Shown here piece by piece: positions 1 to 14,200 of a stretch of 64,000 nt of DNA. Source of the stretch: Octopus vulgaris (taxonomy: Eukaryota); the NCBI GenBank assembly GCA_951406725.2, contig OX597833.1, forward strand, positions 26,412,001-26,476,000. Reading direction: 5' to 3'. Every line of letters begins with the position of its first letter. Within the stretch, counting starts at the first letter, position 1. A program made the position numbers and the translations under genes. The notes under the pieces are model-generated. The model ran no database searches. It saw nothing but the letters and a program-made list of their open reading frames with translations, and was not told the origin of the DNA.

Positions 1-368
1 GGTGCTTGTTTGTTTGTTCGTTTGTTTTCTTTCTGTTGTTTGCTACAAAAGAAATTCTTATTACTGGGATACATGTATGTTGATGCATACGTACTGAAAT
101 AGATATACATATGCATGTATATATTCATAGGTTTATATGTATGACGGCATGTTTGTATATACAAGATTACAGTGAACATAAGGACCAGTATTTGCAAGTG
201 AACACTAAACAAGAAACCGCTGAAGTGAAACGATACAAATATGAAAATTTCTAGAGATAAAAACATTTGTTATCTCACTTCTGCCGTTGCTGTACAGACG
301 CATTTGGATTTGATCATCATATATATACAATGTGTGTGTGTGAGTGCTTGTATACATATATATGTACA

Positions 369-430
<62 letters not shown>

Positions 431-587
431 CATTTAAATATATACATATATAAATACTCACGCACACACACGCATATATATAATATATATATACACATAC
501 ACACACACAAACATATATATATATATAATATATCTATACACACATGTATACGTTTATGTTCTCTAGTTTTCTCTCGTTCACCCAGTA

Positions 588-650
<63 letters not shown>

Positions 651-2012
651 ATGTATGTATGTATGTATGTATATATGTATACACGCACACACACACATAC
701 ACACACACACACGTACTGCCTCGTGACATAGAAATTATTTGAAACTCCAAAGTTAATTGAAATTTATCCATAAGCTAACCAAAGCAAATGGATTATGTTT
801 TCCATAAACCACATCAGTATTGTTACTTCTAGTTGTTTACTTGCTTGCTGCTGCTGCTGCTGCTACTACTACTACTGCTGACAACTATAATATTAACAGA
901 TGTAACAAGTGCTAATAACAGTCTGTGTAATAATGTAATGATATTTTATTCATAGTAATGGAGTGATAGCCATCAATGATCTATTAATGGCGGTTTCAAT
1001 AATAATAGAATTGGTTGTATATGTGCAAATGAATGTGCTGTAATTATGATACTATAAAGACTAAATAATGGTTTAAAATTTTGTCACAGAACCCGCAGAT
1101 TTTGGGAAAGGGGGAAATCGATTACATTACCCCAGTACTTGACTGGCACTTATTTTATCGATTGCGAAAGGATAAAAGGTCAAATCAACCAAGGCGGAAT
1201 TCGAACTCAGAACATATTGATTTCAAATTTTTGCACATGGCCAGCAACATCGGTAGTGTGGGTAAGTCGATAACATCGAGCTCCAGTGCCCAACTTGTAC
1301 TTATTTTATCGACACCAAAAATGAAATGCAAATCAGCCACGGCGGCATTTGAATTCAAGACATTTTGACTGGCGAAATGCCGCTGAACCCTTTTCCCCGC
1401 ATGCTAACTGTCCTTCTAGATAACCATTTTCGTTTACAGAAGATAAAAGAAAAAAAAAACATGTAATAATGGAATTTATTTCATGAGTATAAATATTTTA
1501 ATTATCACTTCGATCTCATGTCATGTTCGTTTAGATGTAATACTAACACGTTTTGTGACAAACTTGATAGTATTAGCGAGTACTGATCCCTTATAATCTG
1601 CGTTTACAGTCACAGCATTATCAACTTTGGGATTCATCCTTTTGAGGTTCAAACAAGAATGTATCTCATCTTTCTGTTATTAACGTTGTTGTTGTCGTAG
1701 TTGTTGTTTAAACAGAAGATATCTTTGATGAACAAACTGTCATCAGTTTCAACTTCTATCCCCCAGTTATGGCTTCAGTAGATGCGCATTATGCAAAGAT
1801 TTATCCTTGCATATTCCTCGCCGGTACTTCTTAACATTGGAGAAATTCGATGAGAACAATGATTGCAATGAGAACATGCACCGTCTGCTGTCAATAATGT
1901 CTTCAGGTGGAAGCTCGCTGTTAGCGTATTTATGTGTTACTATGTAGAGGGAAAGTTACTGCCAACCCAAACAGCTTAAACCCAAGAGTGCTCCAAAATA
2001 TGATTGTGTCTA

Positions 2013-3266
2013 CACAGTAATGCAGGAAGTAAATAGACACCTTTAATTTTCGATATTTCCGATCTAAGCGTCTTAATATGTTTTCAGCGGTGTAGAATTT
2101 ACAATGTAATTACTCTTTTTCATTCCAGGTGCCATTATATTAAACATGCACAAAAAATTCAGCAGAACTGTTAGATTTTCGAAGAGGTCGTATTGTTGGG
2201 CAATCTGACGCTGGTCTTAGCCAGCGAAAAATTATCCGAAAATCTTCAAATTCCTCTTGCTACGGTTGATAAAATTTAAGTGCAATTCAGTAGCTAAGGA
2301 AAAGAATCAAAATATTCTAGTCCCGGCCGACTTGAGCCCTCGGAAATGAAGCTTCACTGAAGAGAATTGTGGAAAACGAGCCCCTTTTGAAGGCTTCTGA
2401 CATTGCAAAACAGCTAGAAATTAGTCTAAGAACATGTGTTACATATCTGCATAAGCTTGGGTATTATGGACGAGCAGCTAGAAGAAAACCTCTCTTTCAA
2501 CCAATTAATATCATGAAAAGAAAGAAATGGGCAAAGGAGATGTCAGAAAAATCCAGTTCATTTTCGGATAGAGTGATTTTCTCAAATGAACCCAGATTTG
2601 CATTATTTTCGGACAGTGGACCTGTTAGGGTCTGGAGGCTTGCCAATCAAGAATTTGATTCGAAACGACTCTAACCAACTGTGAAACATGGCGGTACCTC
2701 TGTAATGGTATGAGGAGCTGAAACCAGCAATGGTCGTTCTGAGCTGATCGAATGTGTTGGCACCATAAACTCTGAGAAATACATCGAAATAATTAAGCAA
2801 GGACTACTTCCGATGAATTCAAACGATAACATAACGAAAAATGAGTTTTTCTTCATGGAAGATGGAGCTCTATGCTACACAGAGAAAAGGAATCAACAAT
2901 GGCTGACTGAAAATGAGATCAAAAAGCTTCCTTGGCCGAGCCAATCTCCTGACATGAACCCAATAGAAAATCTTTGGAGCATACTAGATAGAGCTATACG
3001 AAAAACCTAGACAGAAAACCTAAATCTAAAGATGAATTGTTTTGATTGTTGCATGAAAAGTGGGTAGAAATTCCACAAGACACAATCACAAAGCTCATCA
3101 GTTCAATGCCAAAAAGAATTTCTGAATTAAAAACTGCAAAAAGAATGTCAACTAAATACTAAAGTATGAAGTCCTGCCTATCGATTACATTTCAATTGTT
3201 CGCTTTGCGTATTAAATACCAGATTTTGAAAATTAAAGGTGTCTATTTACTTCCTGCATGTCTGTG
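2013..3266 (+). mobile_element. Tc1-family (DD34E) DNA transposon, full length, defective
   Basis: 39-bp TIRs CACAGTAATGCAGGAAGTAAATAGACACCTTTAATTTTC (2013-2051) and its reverse complement (3228-3266, 2 mismatches); TA TSDs at 2011-2012 and 3267-3268; internal transposase remnants. Confidence 0.95.
2146..3162 (+). pseudogene. Tc1 transposase pseudogene
   Basis: Motifs RGRIVG, ARRKP, VIFSNE (FSDE-like), PTVKHGG, FMEDGA...WPSQSPDMNPIENLW with 34 residues between D and E; several frameshifts and stops. Confidence 0.92.
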
Positions 3267-3429
3267 TATGTGTGTGTGTGTGTCTATATGTGAGTTTGTG
3301 TTTGTTTGTGTGTGTGTATGTGTGTGTGTATGAGTGTGTGTGTGTATATTCTTTTATTCTTTTATATGTTTGAGCTCTAAGGCTGCGGCCATGCTGGGGC
3401 ACCGCATATACATACACCTATATATATAT

Positions 3430-3620
3430 TGGGAGAATTCACGAAAAAAACAAAAGATGAAGACAAGTGGTGTAGAAAACAAACAGATGTATTAGTATAA
3501 AGCTCGGGTATTGAAAAAGTCTTTTACATTTCGAGCCTACGCTCTTCCACAGAAAGGAACACAAAAAGAAACAAGGAAAGAAAAAAATGTGTGTTGTGGC
3601 TACCGATGAATCATGGCGAC
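3430..3620 (-). mobile_element. Penelope-like terminal repeat with minimal hammerhead-like motif (3521-3556)
   Basis: Minus strand CTTT-CTGTGGA-AGAGC-GTAG-GCTC-GAAATGTA-AAAG: stems I and II pair, core is variant. Confidence 0.6.
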
Positions 3621-3666
3621 TGATTTGTGCATATATATGGTCACCTTTAACACACACCTATAACTT

Positions 3667-3818
3667 GAAAATCTTTGGAGCATACTAGATAGATCTGTAC
3701 GAAAAATCTAGACAGAAAACCTAAATCTAAAGATGAATTGTTTTGATTGTTGCATGAAAAGTGGGTAGAAATTCCACAAGACACAATCACAAAGCTCATC
3801 AGTTTAATGCCAAAAAGA
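3667..3818 (+). repeat. Duplicated 152-bp fragment of the adjacent Tc1 transposase (2966-3117)
   Basis: Near-identical sequence, flanked by a 29-bp direct repeat (3638-3666 and 3839-3867). Confidence 0.9.
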
Positions 3819-4488
3819 GTATACATTACAGGTATACGTGGTCACATTTAACACACACCTATAACTTACATTTTCAACCACCCTTTATTTTTACCTTCAT
3901 TTCATGTTAACCTTTACCCGATTACCTTTTTATTTTATTTTATTATTTTTTTAAAATATTTTATTTCTTATTTTTATTTCTAATTCTTATTTTTACCCTT
4001 ATTCTTACTTCTATTTTTACCCCTATTTTATTACTTTATATCTCTATATATGTCTATTTTTAGCTTTTTTTCCTTATTTACTTATCTATGTATCCGCTTT
4101 ATGATTATACGTGTGTCTGTGTATGTATGTATATGTATACATGTGTATGCGTATGTATGAGTATGTACCTGTGTTTATATGTGTACCCCCTTGTTATACT
4201 TTTTTAATAATTTTTTTTACATGCTTTTCTACATTTGTTTATATATTTTTTTAATACATTTTTTTAATACATCTTTTAATATCTTATATGTATACCTATA
4301 TGTGTGTGTGTCTGTGTATGCAAGTGTATATGTACACGCACATATAGGCACACAGATGTGTGTGTGTGCGTGTGGATACGTGTGCGTGGGTCCGTGTGTA
4401 TGTATATATGCGTGTATGTATGTACACGTGTGTGTGTATGTATGCACATATATATATGCGTGTGCGGGTATGTGTGTGTATGTATATA

Positions 4489-4525
<37 letters not shown>

Positions 4526-5712
4526 GTGTATATATATATGCGTATACATGTGTGTGTGTGTATATATATGTATATGTATATTGTCCGTGTATATATATGT
4601 ATATTCTGTTATAATTTTTTGCCCGCAAGTTTCTTACGTTCATGTCTACCTTCTGTACCCACTATAATTCCGTATCTTGCCCGTGTGCGAGAATGGATCT
4701 TTTTGTTATACCTGTGTCTGTGCATATACATACTTTTGTGTATAGGCATAGGGATCTACTCCCCCATGTGCGTAGGTATGGGCGTGAGTGCAGGTGTATA
4801 CATATTTTCTGCCCACACGCATAGATTCACTTCGTCTTGTGCATGCGTGTAAGTGCGAGTGTGCCTATATGAACGCATGTGCGTGTATGTATATACGTAC
4901 GTATGCGCGTCGGTTCGTGTACCCAACTAAATGCGCCTTTTTCCATATATAGCTGTATATGTTTACACGAGAGTACGTATGTATGCTTGTATGCGTGTAG
5001 TTGCGTATGCGTGCGTATATGTACGCGTGTATATGGGTGTATGTATCCATGCGTGTACGTATGTACATGATGACCACCTAATACGTTACGAGGAACTAGA
5101 TAAGCGGTTTAACCAAACAACTCTAATTTACAATACACTAGGTCCCCAGACGCCCCGGTTGATTTATGACACCCACGGCTTCTACAACCAGAATTTGTCA
5201 TTTTCCTGACCACCATGTTGGTCCGTAACAACTTTATATCCCTTATCCTTATATTCTTTTACATTTCTATATTCTTATATCCTTTATATTTCTGATAATT
5301 TTAAAATATTTTTTTATAACTTTATATCTTTATATTCATTTATATTTTTTTATATCTCTTTATATCTTTATACTCTATATTTTTATATTTTTCTATACTT
5401 ATATTCTTATTTTTCACATTTTTATATTTTTTTATCCTTCGTCCTGAATTCTCGCCCCTCCATCTTTATCCCTATTTACTCTTATTACCAGGTTCCTTCA
5501 CGTCTGCCTGTATTTATATATGTATATATTTATTTATTCATTTATTTATATTACCTCAACATCCAAACTTCCTCATTCTACATTGAGAGAAGGACGAGAT
5601 GGACGCTTCATTTTTATGCTGTTGCCGCATTATGTCGTACGCGAATGAGAGGATTTGCATCCCCAACCTAGAATTTTTTATGTAATACATGTCCTTGAGG
5701 TAGTAATTGTGC

Positions 5713-5790
5713 GCGGCTGAAGAAGGCCATAGACACACATTATGCATTGTTATAAATCCGTCTAATAAAGGCCCGAAACATATGTACCGC
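5713..5790 (+). ncRNA. Type I hammerhead ribozyme (minimal, Penelope-type), canonical core
   Basis: GCGG-CTGAAGA-AGGCC...GGCCC-GAAAC-ATAT-GTA-CCGC: stem I GCGG/CCGC, stem II GGCC/GGCC, palindromic helix III ACATATGT, predicted cleavage after 5786. Confidence 0.8.
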
Positions 5791-5822
5791 TGAATCCTTG
5801 GCATCATGTTTTTATTTTGATT

Positions 5823-6025
<203 letters not shown>

Positions 6026-6087
6026 GTGTGTGTGTGTGCGTGTAAGCACAAACAAACATATATATATATATATATTTACACACATAC

Positions 6088-6133
<46 letters not shown>

Positions 6134-6654
6134 TATATATGTTTTGTAGATGTATGTACGTATATATTATTCAACTACAAACACAATCAGTCACGCGCGT
6201 GCGCATACACACATATGTACAGTGTGCCGTTCTGATATTGGTAAGATCAACACAACAAATATTTCATCCAAAGAGAAATGAATATCGTTTGATATACACA
6301 GGACTTAAACAAGCATGAAAGATTGCGGCGTAGCACAGGAAACGCCATAATAATTACTGCTGAGATTGCGAAACATCGATAGTATTTTACCAGGGTAACT
6401 ATGTTGATACTAATTTAGAATAAAATTTAATTTAACCTTGTTTTTTTAATACACATCGTTATGAAGCAGAGACCTCGGCCTATAGATTACGCTAATGGCT
6501 TTGCTTTTAAATGTTTATCCTTGTGCATTTTGGCTCCCAAATTCAAGATGTATATTTTGGGAAACGAAAACAAAGAAAGGAAACTCCTTGCAATATCCTC
6601 GAAGCATTTGACCACTGAACTTTCAATCAGTATACACCTCAATAGTGATTCTTA

Positions 6655-6950
6655 TGTTTTTTAGGTGAAGAGAACCTCGAAAAGAGGAACCTGAGGACGA
6701 CTTATGGCATTTGATAACAAACTGGGAACCGTTATTAAAACGTATCTAAGTTAAAATCTACGTAAGGTGTTCCAGAAGAAATAAACATCGAACATTTAAT
6801 TTGTACAACAATTAGAGCACAGCTAATGAGAAAGGCAAAAGCTTTTAACCAGCGTGAGCCGCAGTGGCTACAGAAAAATATCACTTTCCCAAACTGAAAC
6901 TGCATCAGAGATGGTCATGCAAACAGTTCCGTGATCAGCAACTGAACATA
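6655..6950 (+). pseudogene. Highly degraded mariner transposase fragment (N-terminal half)
   Basis: Piecewise translation GEENLE...FDN-KLGTVIKT...EEINIEH...NQREPQ resembles the mariner HTH/WVPH region. Confidence 0.35.
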
Positions 6951-7008
6951 TTCACAGTTAGGCCTTGAATAAATTTTTTGGTCCAGCAGAGTGTCTCATA
7001 ACTATACT

Positions 7009-7370
7009 TATTTCTTTATTGTCCACAAGGGGCTAAACATAGGATAGACAAAGACAGACAAACGGATTAAGTCGATTCCATCGACCCCAGTGAGTAACTG
7101 GTGGTTAATTTATCGACTCCGAAAGGCCGAAAGGCAAAGTCGACCTCGGCGGAATTTGAACTCAGAACGTAACTGCAGACGAAATACCTATTTCTTTACT
7201 ATCCACAAGGGGACAAACAAGGACAGACAAACAGATTAAGTCGATTATATCGACCCCAGTACGTAACTGGTACTTATTAAATCGGCGGAATTTGAACTTT
7301 GAACGTAACGGCCGACGCAATAACGCTAAGCATTTCGCCCGGCGGGCTAACGTTTCTGCCAGCACGCCGC
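7009..7370 (-). mobile_element. tRNA-derived SINE, family B, with internal tandem duplication
   Basis: Head GGCG..CTGGCAGAAACGTTAGC and B-box-like GAGTTCAAATTCC; body with TAAGTACCAGTTACG...GGGGTCGAT; many copies in window. Confidence 0.85.
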
Positions 7371-7867
7371 TAACTATACTATAACACAGTTTGTACTGGG
7401 TTGTGTATTGCTAGTAGCGTTCACAAGCAACACATATATGTGTATGTGTACACACAAACACAAACACACACACACATCCACCCCACCCCATATATATATA
7501 TATATATAACGGGCTTGTTTCAGGTTTCTGTCCACCAAATCCATTCACAAGGCTTTGGTCGGCTCGGCGCTAAAGTAGAAGGCACGAAGTAGGACTGAAT
7601 CCGAAATCCTGTGGCTGTGAAGCAAACTTGTTACCACTAAGCCAAGCATGAATGATAACATTTTTCATAGATAATATATGTGCTTATAATGGTAAAAAAA
7701 ATTTAAAGCAATACTTTTAGATCATGTGGTAAAATTACTTGTATGTGAATACGTTAGCCTAGGATTAACACAATGAATGTTTCTTAGTTGCATCCTGATG
7801 CTAGGTGATGTTGAATAGAGAGAAAATGAGCCTGAAAGGGCGTTTGAACCTTGCTTAATTCTCTTTG

Positions 7868-8279
7868 CTCTTTACTCTTTTACTTCTTTCAGTCATTTGA
7901 CTGTGGCCATGACGGAGCACCGCCTTTAGTCAGTCAAATCGATCCCAAGACTTATTCTTTGTAAGCCTAGTACTTATTCTATCGGTCCCTTTTACCGAAC
8001 CGCTAAGTTACAGGGACGTAAACACACCAGCATCGGTTGTCAAGCGATGTTGGGAGGACAAACACAGACACACAAACATATACACGCATACATATATACA
8101 TATATATACATATATACGACGGGCTTCTTTCAGTTTCCGTCTACCAAATCAACTCACAAGGCTTTGGTCGGCTCGAGGCTATAGTAGAAGAGACTCACCC
8201 AAGGTGCCACACAGTGGAACTGAATCCGGAACCATGTGGTTCGTAAGCAAGCTACTACCACACAGCCACACCTACGCCT
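7868..8279 (-). mobile_element. tRNA-derived SINE, family A, full length
   Basis: Head AGGCGTAGG..TGGCTGTGTGGTAGTAGCTTGCTTACGAACCACATGGTTCCGG, internal microsatellite, tail AAGTAAAAGAGTAAAAGAG; matches 54985-55362 and 56703-57104. Confidence 0.88.
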
Positions 8280-9734
8280 TACTAAAGAATATCATAAGAG
8301 ATAGAATCACAAGGTGATAATTCAAAGGTTGTAAAATCGTTACATATCAAGAAATAAACAGATCAGACGGACTGAATGTAAGAAAATTGCGCGTATACAA
8401 AATATAATGTAATCATACAATATTACACATACATATGCAAAATAAAACTGACGATGAACTGAAATCTCGTAATTTATTGCCGTCTGCGATAATTTTGATG
8501 ACTTCAATATAAATTCTCGATAAAATAGAATTTCAGTCTGCGGGGCAAGGCAAATGAAGCGTATTTGATTGAACCGATTCCCCACCCCCACCCACCAATC
8601 GACCCCCCCCACACACACATATATATACTGGAAATCTCTTCAAACGAAGGTGCAAGCGACCAGCAATAAAACAAGCCGCAAGCAAACTACTTACTACATT
8701 GGGAATTACACAATAAAAGCGAAGGAAAAAAAGTTCTATATATTCATTTACGTCTTTTTGATGAAGCACACCAACGCGTATGTATTTATTTGCACACAGA
8801 TATGCTTATCTATCAGCTACCAACCTATCTATCTTATCTACTTATATTCAGTTATTAGTTTTCAATCATAAGCCTAAACATTGTATGTGCGTGTGCGCGT
8901 GTTTGTTCATCAAAAAGCATCAGGTTAATGACATGTACGCTATTAAGATATGCACAGAGTGCAACCTACATTCATGCATGCATTAAAACACAGATAATGA
9001 CGTTAACGATGTCGACGATGATAACATTGATGATTTTTTTTTTTATCATGATGATAGGAGAATGATGGCGCACATACGATGATTCTTCCACACATACTCA
9101 CAGACACACATTAGAGTACAGTTCATATAGTCTTTCATTCTTTTATTCTTTTACTTGTTTCAGTCTGTTGGATCACCGCTTATAGTCGAAGAAATCTATC
9201 CCAGGACTTAGTCTTTGTAAGCGTAGTACTTATTCTATCGGTCTCTTTTTTGCCGAACCGCTAGTTAACGGGGACGTAAACATACCAACCTACGTTATCA
9301 AGCGATGGCATTTGACAAACACACACACACACACACACACGCACACACACACACACACATACATACATACATACATACATACATACATACATACATACAT
9401 ACATACATACATACATACATAAAAGTATACATACATTCTGCCTAAATACCAATCTTCAGAAATTACGCTTCTCAAAACGAGAAAGGAGAAAGCTAATTCA
9501 AAGTCTACAGATCCAATCCATCACTGGAACTGTAAAGATCTGTAAAACTTTCCAGAAAGTTATCATTTATATATATATGAACAATGTGCATGAGAATACA
9601 TACATACATAAAGGATACAAATCTGCACATACATACATACATACATACATACATACATACATACATACATACATACATACATACATACATACATACATAC
9701 ATACATACATACATACATACATACATGCAAACAA

Positions 9735-9850
9735 AAATACCCTGTTGCGGATGTTGAAAGCCCAATGAAGAAACCTTGGATTTAGGTTAGAAACCGGTTC
9801 TTTCTCTATTGGCAAGAAATCTTGAAATAAACTGTATAATGACAAACATT
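9735..9850 (+). mobile_element. Penelope-type tail with degenerate hammerhead-like motif (9756-9804)
   Basis: GAAAG-C-CCAATGA-AGAAACC..GGTTA-GAAACCGGTT-CTTTC; stem I GAAAG/CTTTC, palindrome AACCGGTT, core mutated. Confidence 0.45.
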
Positions 9851-10454
9851 TCTTTGTTTTTAAATTACGACGACACAAGCACTACTTTCTTGCTACCGCC
9901 TTTATTTCCTTTCCAATTCCCTACTTTTATGGTAAATCAAACCTCATTCTAAATCAACACTTCAGTAAGAATTATTCCCTTTTCATTTTGTTAAAAGTAA
10001 GTGATAGCTTTTGAAATGACGAGGTCCTTTTGTCCATATATTACAATTAATGTGTTAAAGTAATTTCAAAATGGAAGGACTTCGACAAACAGCGGAAAGG
10101 TTTCATAGAAACGAACTCTTTGAATAATGTAAAATATAAAAGACGGACGCGAGAGGGATCAAAAGCGGAATACTCACTGGTTCTTTTTAAAATCTACGTC
10201 ATTGATACGTAGAAATATAACATTAAGTAGGAAGAAGCTCAGATACTCAGGATAGAATGTACGTACGTGCGTGCCTCTTTGTGTTTGTGGGTGTGAAAGA
10301 TATCTACACCGTTGCAGTCAAACAAAACGTGCTCGCTCTACTATGGTTAACACCAAATGAGAACGAACCTGCAGCCATGGGATTTAACAACCGAGACGTG
10401 CTCAGTTGCATACGCACACTCACACACATATGTACATATCATACGAACATATAT

Positions 10455-10512
<58 letters not shown>

Positions 10513-10654
10513 TGGAGACGGCATCTACATGGCATGTGAGAAAAAATAGATCGGCAGACTGAAGGAATGGGGCCAGGGAAAGGGAGAGACCAACCTAATC
10601 TCGTTGCATACGCACACTCACACACATACGTACATATCATACGAACATATATGT

Positions 10655-10710
<56 letters not shown>

Positions 10711-10859
10711 GTACAATCATGCATACATATAGGTACATACACACATATCTATATACATTCATGTAAATAATACATACACGCATATATATGAATGTATCTC
10801 GTATATTTATATATATTTATATGTGTGTATATACATATTTATTGACATATATACCAATA

Positions 10860-10906
<47 letters not shown>

Positions 10907-10971
10907 CTACATTATACATACATATACATATCTATGTGTGTGCATATATATGCATACACATATATACGAAT

Positions 10972-11070
<99 letters not shown>

Positions 11071-11524
11071 CACATAGATACATACAAATAGTCAATAGAC
11101 TATATACTAATTTTATACTAATTTTTCTACACGCTCGGCCACAGGTAATAGAAATTTTAAAAATCTTTATTACCCTGATATTATTAATTATATACATATA
11201 AATAGATAGGAATAGATAGATAGATAGATAGATAGATAGTTATACATTCACATTTGCGTATGTCTGCATTTGTGTACCTATGTGTTCCCATCCACATTTC
11301 TTGTTCAATATCGATTCCTAATGTGACACAGGAATGGAACTTTTTCCTTTTATTTCTCCATTCACTTAGCAGGAAATGTGTAGTTAGATTTCAAGTGGAA
11401 TTGCGTTCCATTTTCTGATTCTTTTCACTCCAAACATTCCTTTTTTTCCCTATTTCTTTCACTTTCATTTACCTCTTTTTCTCAGTTTCTGCGAAAGAGA
11501 TGTACATACACACGCACAAACACG

Positions 11525-11605
<81 letters not shown>

Positions 11606-11606
11606 A

Positions 11607-11640
<34 letters not shown>

Positions 11641-11779
11641 ACCCAGTGTGATATTCATGGAGATTTTAAGGTGGTAATAGTGTCTGTTGGCGTCTATTTT
11701 TTTCCAGCGCGTGGAGTGGCTTATAGTCAATCCCTTGTTATAATTATGTATATAATTATAATATATATATACATATGTG

Positions 11780-11857
<78 letters not shown>

Positions 11858-11866
11858 TGTGTGTGA

Positions 11867-12172
11867 AGGCACATGGTTTAGTGGTTAGAGCGTCGAGCTT
11901 ACGATCGTGAGGTTGTGAGTTCGGAACCCGGACCGAGCTGCGTGTTGTGTTCTTGAGCAAGACACTTTATTTCACGTTGCTCCAGTTAACTCAGCTGTAG
12001 AAATGAGCTGCGACGTCAGAGGTACCAAGCTGTATCGGCCTTTGCCTTTCCCCTGGATAACATCGGTGGTGTAGAGAGGGGAAGCTGGTCTGGTCTTCCA
12101 TAAACAACCGGACTTGTGCCTCGGAGTGTAACTTTCTAGGTGCAATCCCATGGTCATTCATGACCGAAAGGA
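11867..12172 (+). mobile_element. tRNA-derived SINE (distinct family)
   Basis: A box TGGTTTAGTGG, B box GAGTTCGGAACC, followed by TGTGTTCTTGAGCAAGACACTTTATTTCAC...CTCAGCTGTAGAAATGAG central domain. Confidence 0.8.
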
Positions 12173-12404
12173 GTTACAATATATATATATATATGCTGCT
12201 ACACAGCAAGATAGATACATCATTATTGTTACTGCTAATGCTAGATACATCTACATATGTTTTAGCTTTTTCCTGATTAATAATTTGGAATGCGATCATG
12301 CTTGGGCACCGATTGGAATGGCTTTAAGTCGGACAAATTGACTCAGTAATATTTACATACATATAGTGATACATATATATACTTATATATGTGGTGTGGG
12401 CATT

Positions 12405-12788
12405 CTTTTATTTGTTGGTATTTGTATTAGTGATTTGTCGGAGGCCATGCTGGAGGACCGCCTTTAGTCGAACAAATCGACCCCAGGACTTATTCTTTGT
12501 AAGCCTAGTACTTAGAATAAATAGTATCTACCTCTTTTGCCGAACTGCTACGTTACGGGGAGGTAAACACACCAACATCGGCTGTGAAGCGATGGTGGGG
12601 TGACAAATACAGACACACCATTATATTCATATATATATCTATGTATACGACAGGCTTCTTTCAGTTTCCATCTACCAAATCCATTTACAAGGCCTTCGGA
12701 GGCCCGAGGCTATAGTAGAAGACATTTGCCCAAGGTGCCACGTAGTGCGACTGTACCTGGAACCATGTGGTTGGGAAGTAAGCTACTT
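12405..12788 (-). mobile_element. SINE family A, its 5' head split by a nested family-B SINE (head remnant 13203-13228)
   Basis: Homology to 7868-8279; sequence resumes after the family-B insertion. Confidence 0.8.
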
Positions 12789-12789
12789 A

Positions 12790-13201
12790 TTTTTTTATTG
12801 CCCACAGGGGCTAAACATGAAGAGGACAAACAAGGACAGACAAAGGAATTAAGTCAATTACATCAACCCCAGTGCTTAACTGGTACTTAATTTATCGACC
12901 CCGAAAGGATGAAAGGCAAAGTCGACCTCGGCGAAATTTGAACTCAGAACGTAGCGGCAGACGAAATACCTATTTCTTTACTGCCCACAAAGGGCTAAAC
13001 ATAGAGAAGACAAACAAGGACAGACAAACGGATTAAGTCGATTATATCGACCCCAGTGCGTAACTGGTATTTATTTAATCGACCGTGAAAGGATGAAAGG
13101 CAAAGTCGACCTCGTCGGAATTTGAACTCAGAACGTAACGGCAGACGAAATACCGCTAAGCATTTCGCCTGGCGTGCTAATGTTTCTGCCAGCTCGTCAC
13201 C
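12790..13201 (-). mobile_element. SINE family B, full length, with ~183-bp internal tandem repeat
   Basis: GCCCACA..GGGCTAAACAT repeated at 12800 and 12983; tRNA-like head at 13140-13200. Confidence 0.88.
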
Positions 13202-13429
13202 TTCCTACCACGCAGTCACGCCTGCGCTTATGGCCGCAATCAACTAAGTGAAAGAACATATATATACTGTATATTTAGCTTACCTAAATTTTTGCTGATG
13301 CTTAAATATTGCTTCGCGCTAATACTTCTTTTTATAAACATGCTCAACACGTGCGCGTGCACGCACACACACATATGCATATACATACATATAAATTGAT
13401 ATAGCTGTATATAGATAGATGTATGTATG

Positions 13430-13515
<86 letters not shown>

Positions 13516-13659
13516 GCATATACATAACAGGTTTCCACACAGTTTCTTTCTCCAAGTTCAGATATAAAACGTTCGTCAGAATGGCATTTCTTTGGTTACA
13601 CACACACACAAAGACACACATACACACGCACACATATACACACGAATGCACATACATAG

Positions 13660-14200
13660 ATATTGTAGTAGACCAAAGTTTTGCAATATTTTGGGTAACT
13701 TATTTGCTTTATTCGCAACAAAGGCAGCTTTGCCTTCAAAGTAGAGATCGTCGTGTTGCATCGTCTGAAGCCTCCTTTTTGCAGTTACCAGTTCTTGTCT
13801 TGTGAACTGCTTCACTGAAGCTTCCACCACTTCTTGGTCAATGAAGCGTCAAGGGTGGAGAAAGAGAGCAACTGATCGGAACAAGTAATAATCCAAGTAA
13901 GCTAGATCTGGAATTCATGCTGGATATGGCACCAGTTCGATTCCCTCAAGTTCCTGAAGTTTATTCCGAGTCGTTCTAGCAGTGTGATGTTATGTGTTGT
14001 GTTGTTGAAGGAGAACTCGTTTTCTGTTAACCAAGGCCGGCTGCTTTTGCCGCTCAGTGGAATGTATCTCTGAGATGAACAGCTCACCTGATACTCTCCG
14101 AGTGCTACTCGCTGGATTTACTTATCTGGCTCGGAGCAAGGTCTCGGAATCCACGGTTTTAGGCCTAATCATCGAGGATTTCACAAACTGAACGAAATTT
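13660..14200 (-). mobile_element. Possible degraded LINE fragment
   Basis: Minus-strand peptides SSRPWLTE and KQFTRQELVTAKRRL loosely resemble the LINE ORF2 linker and pre-RT regions. Confidence 0.25.
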
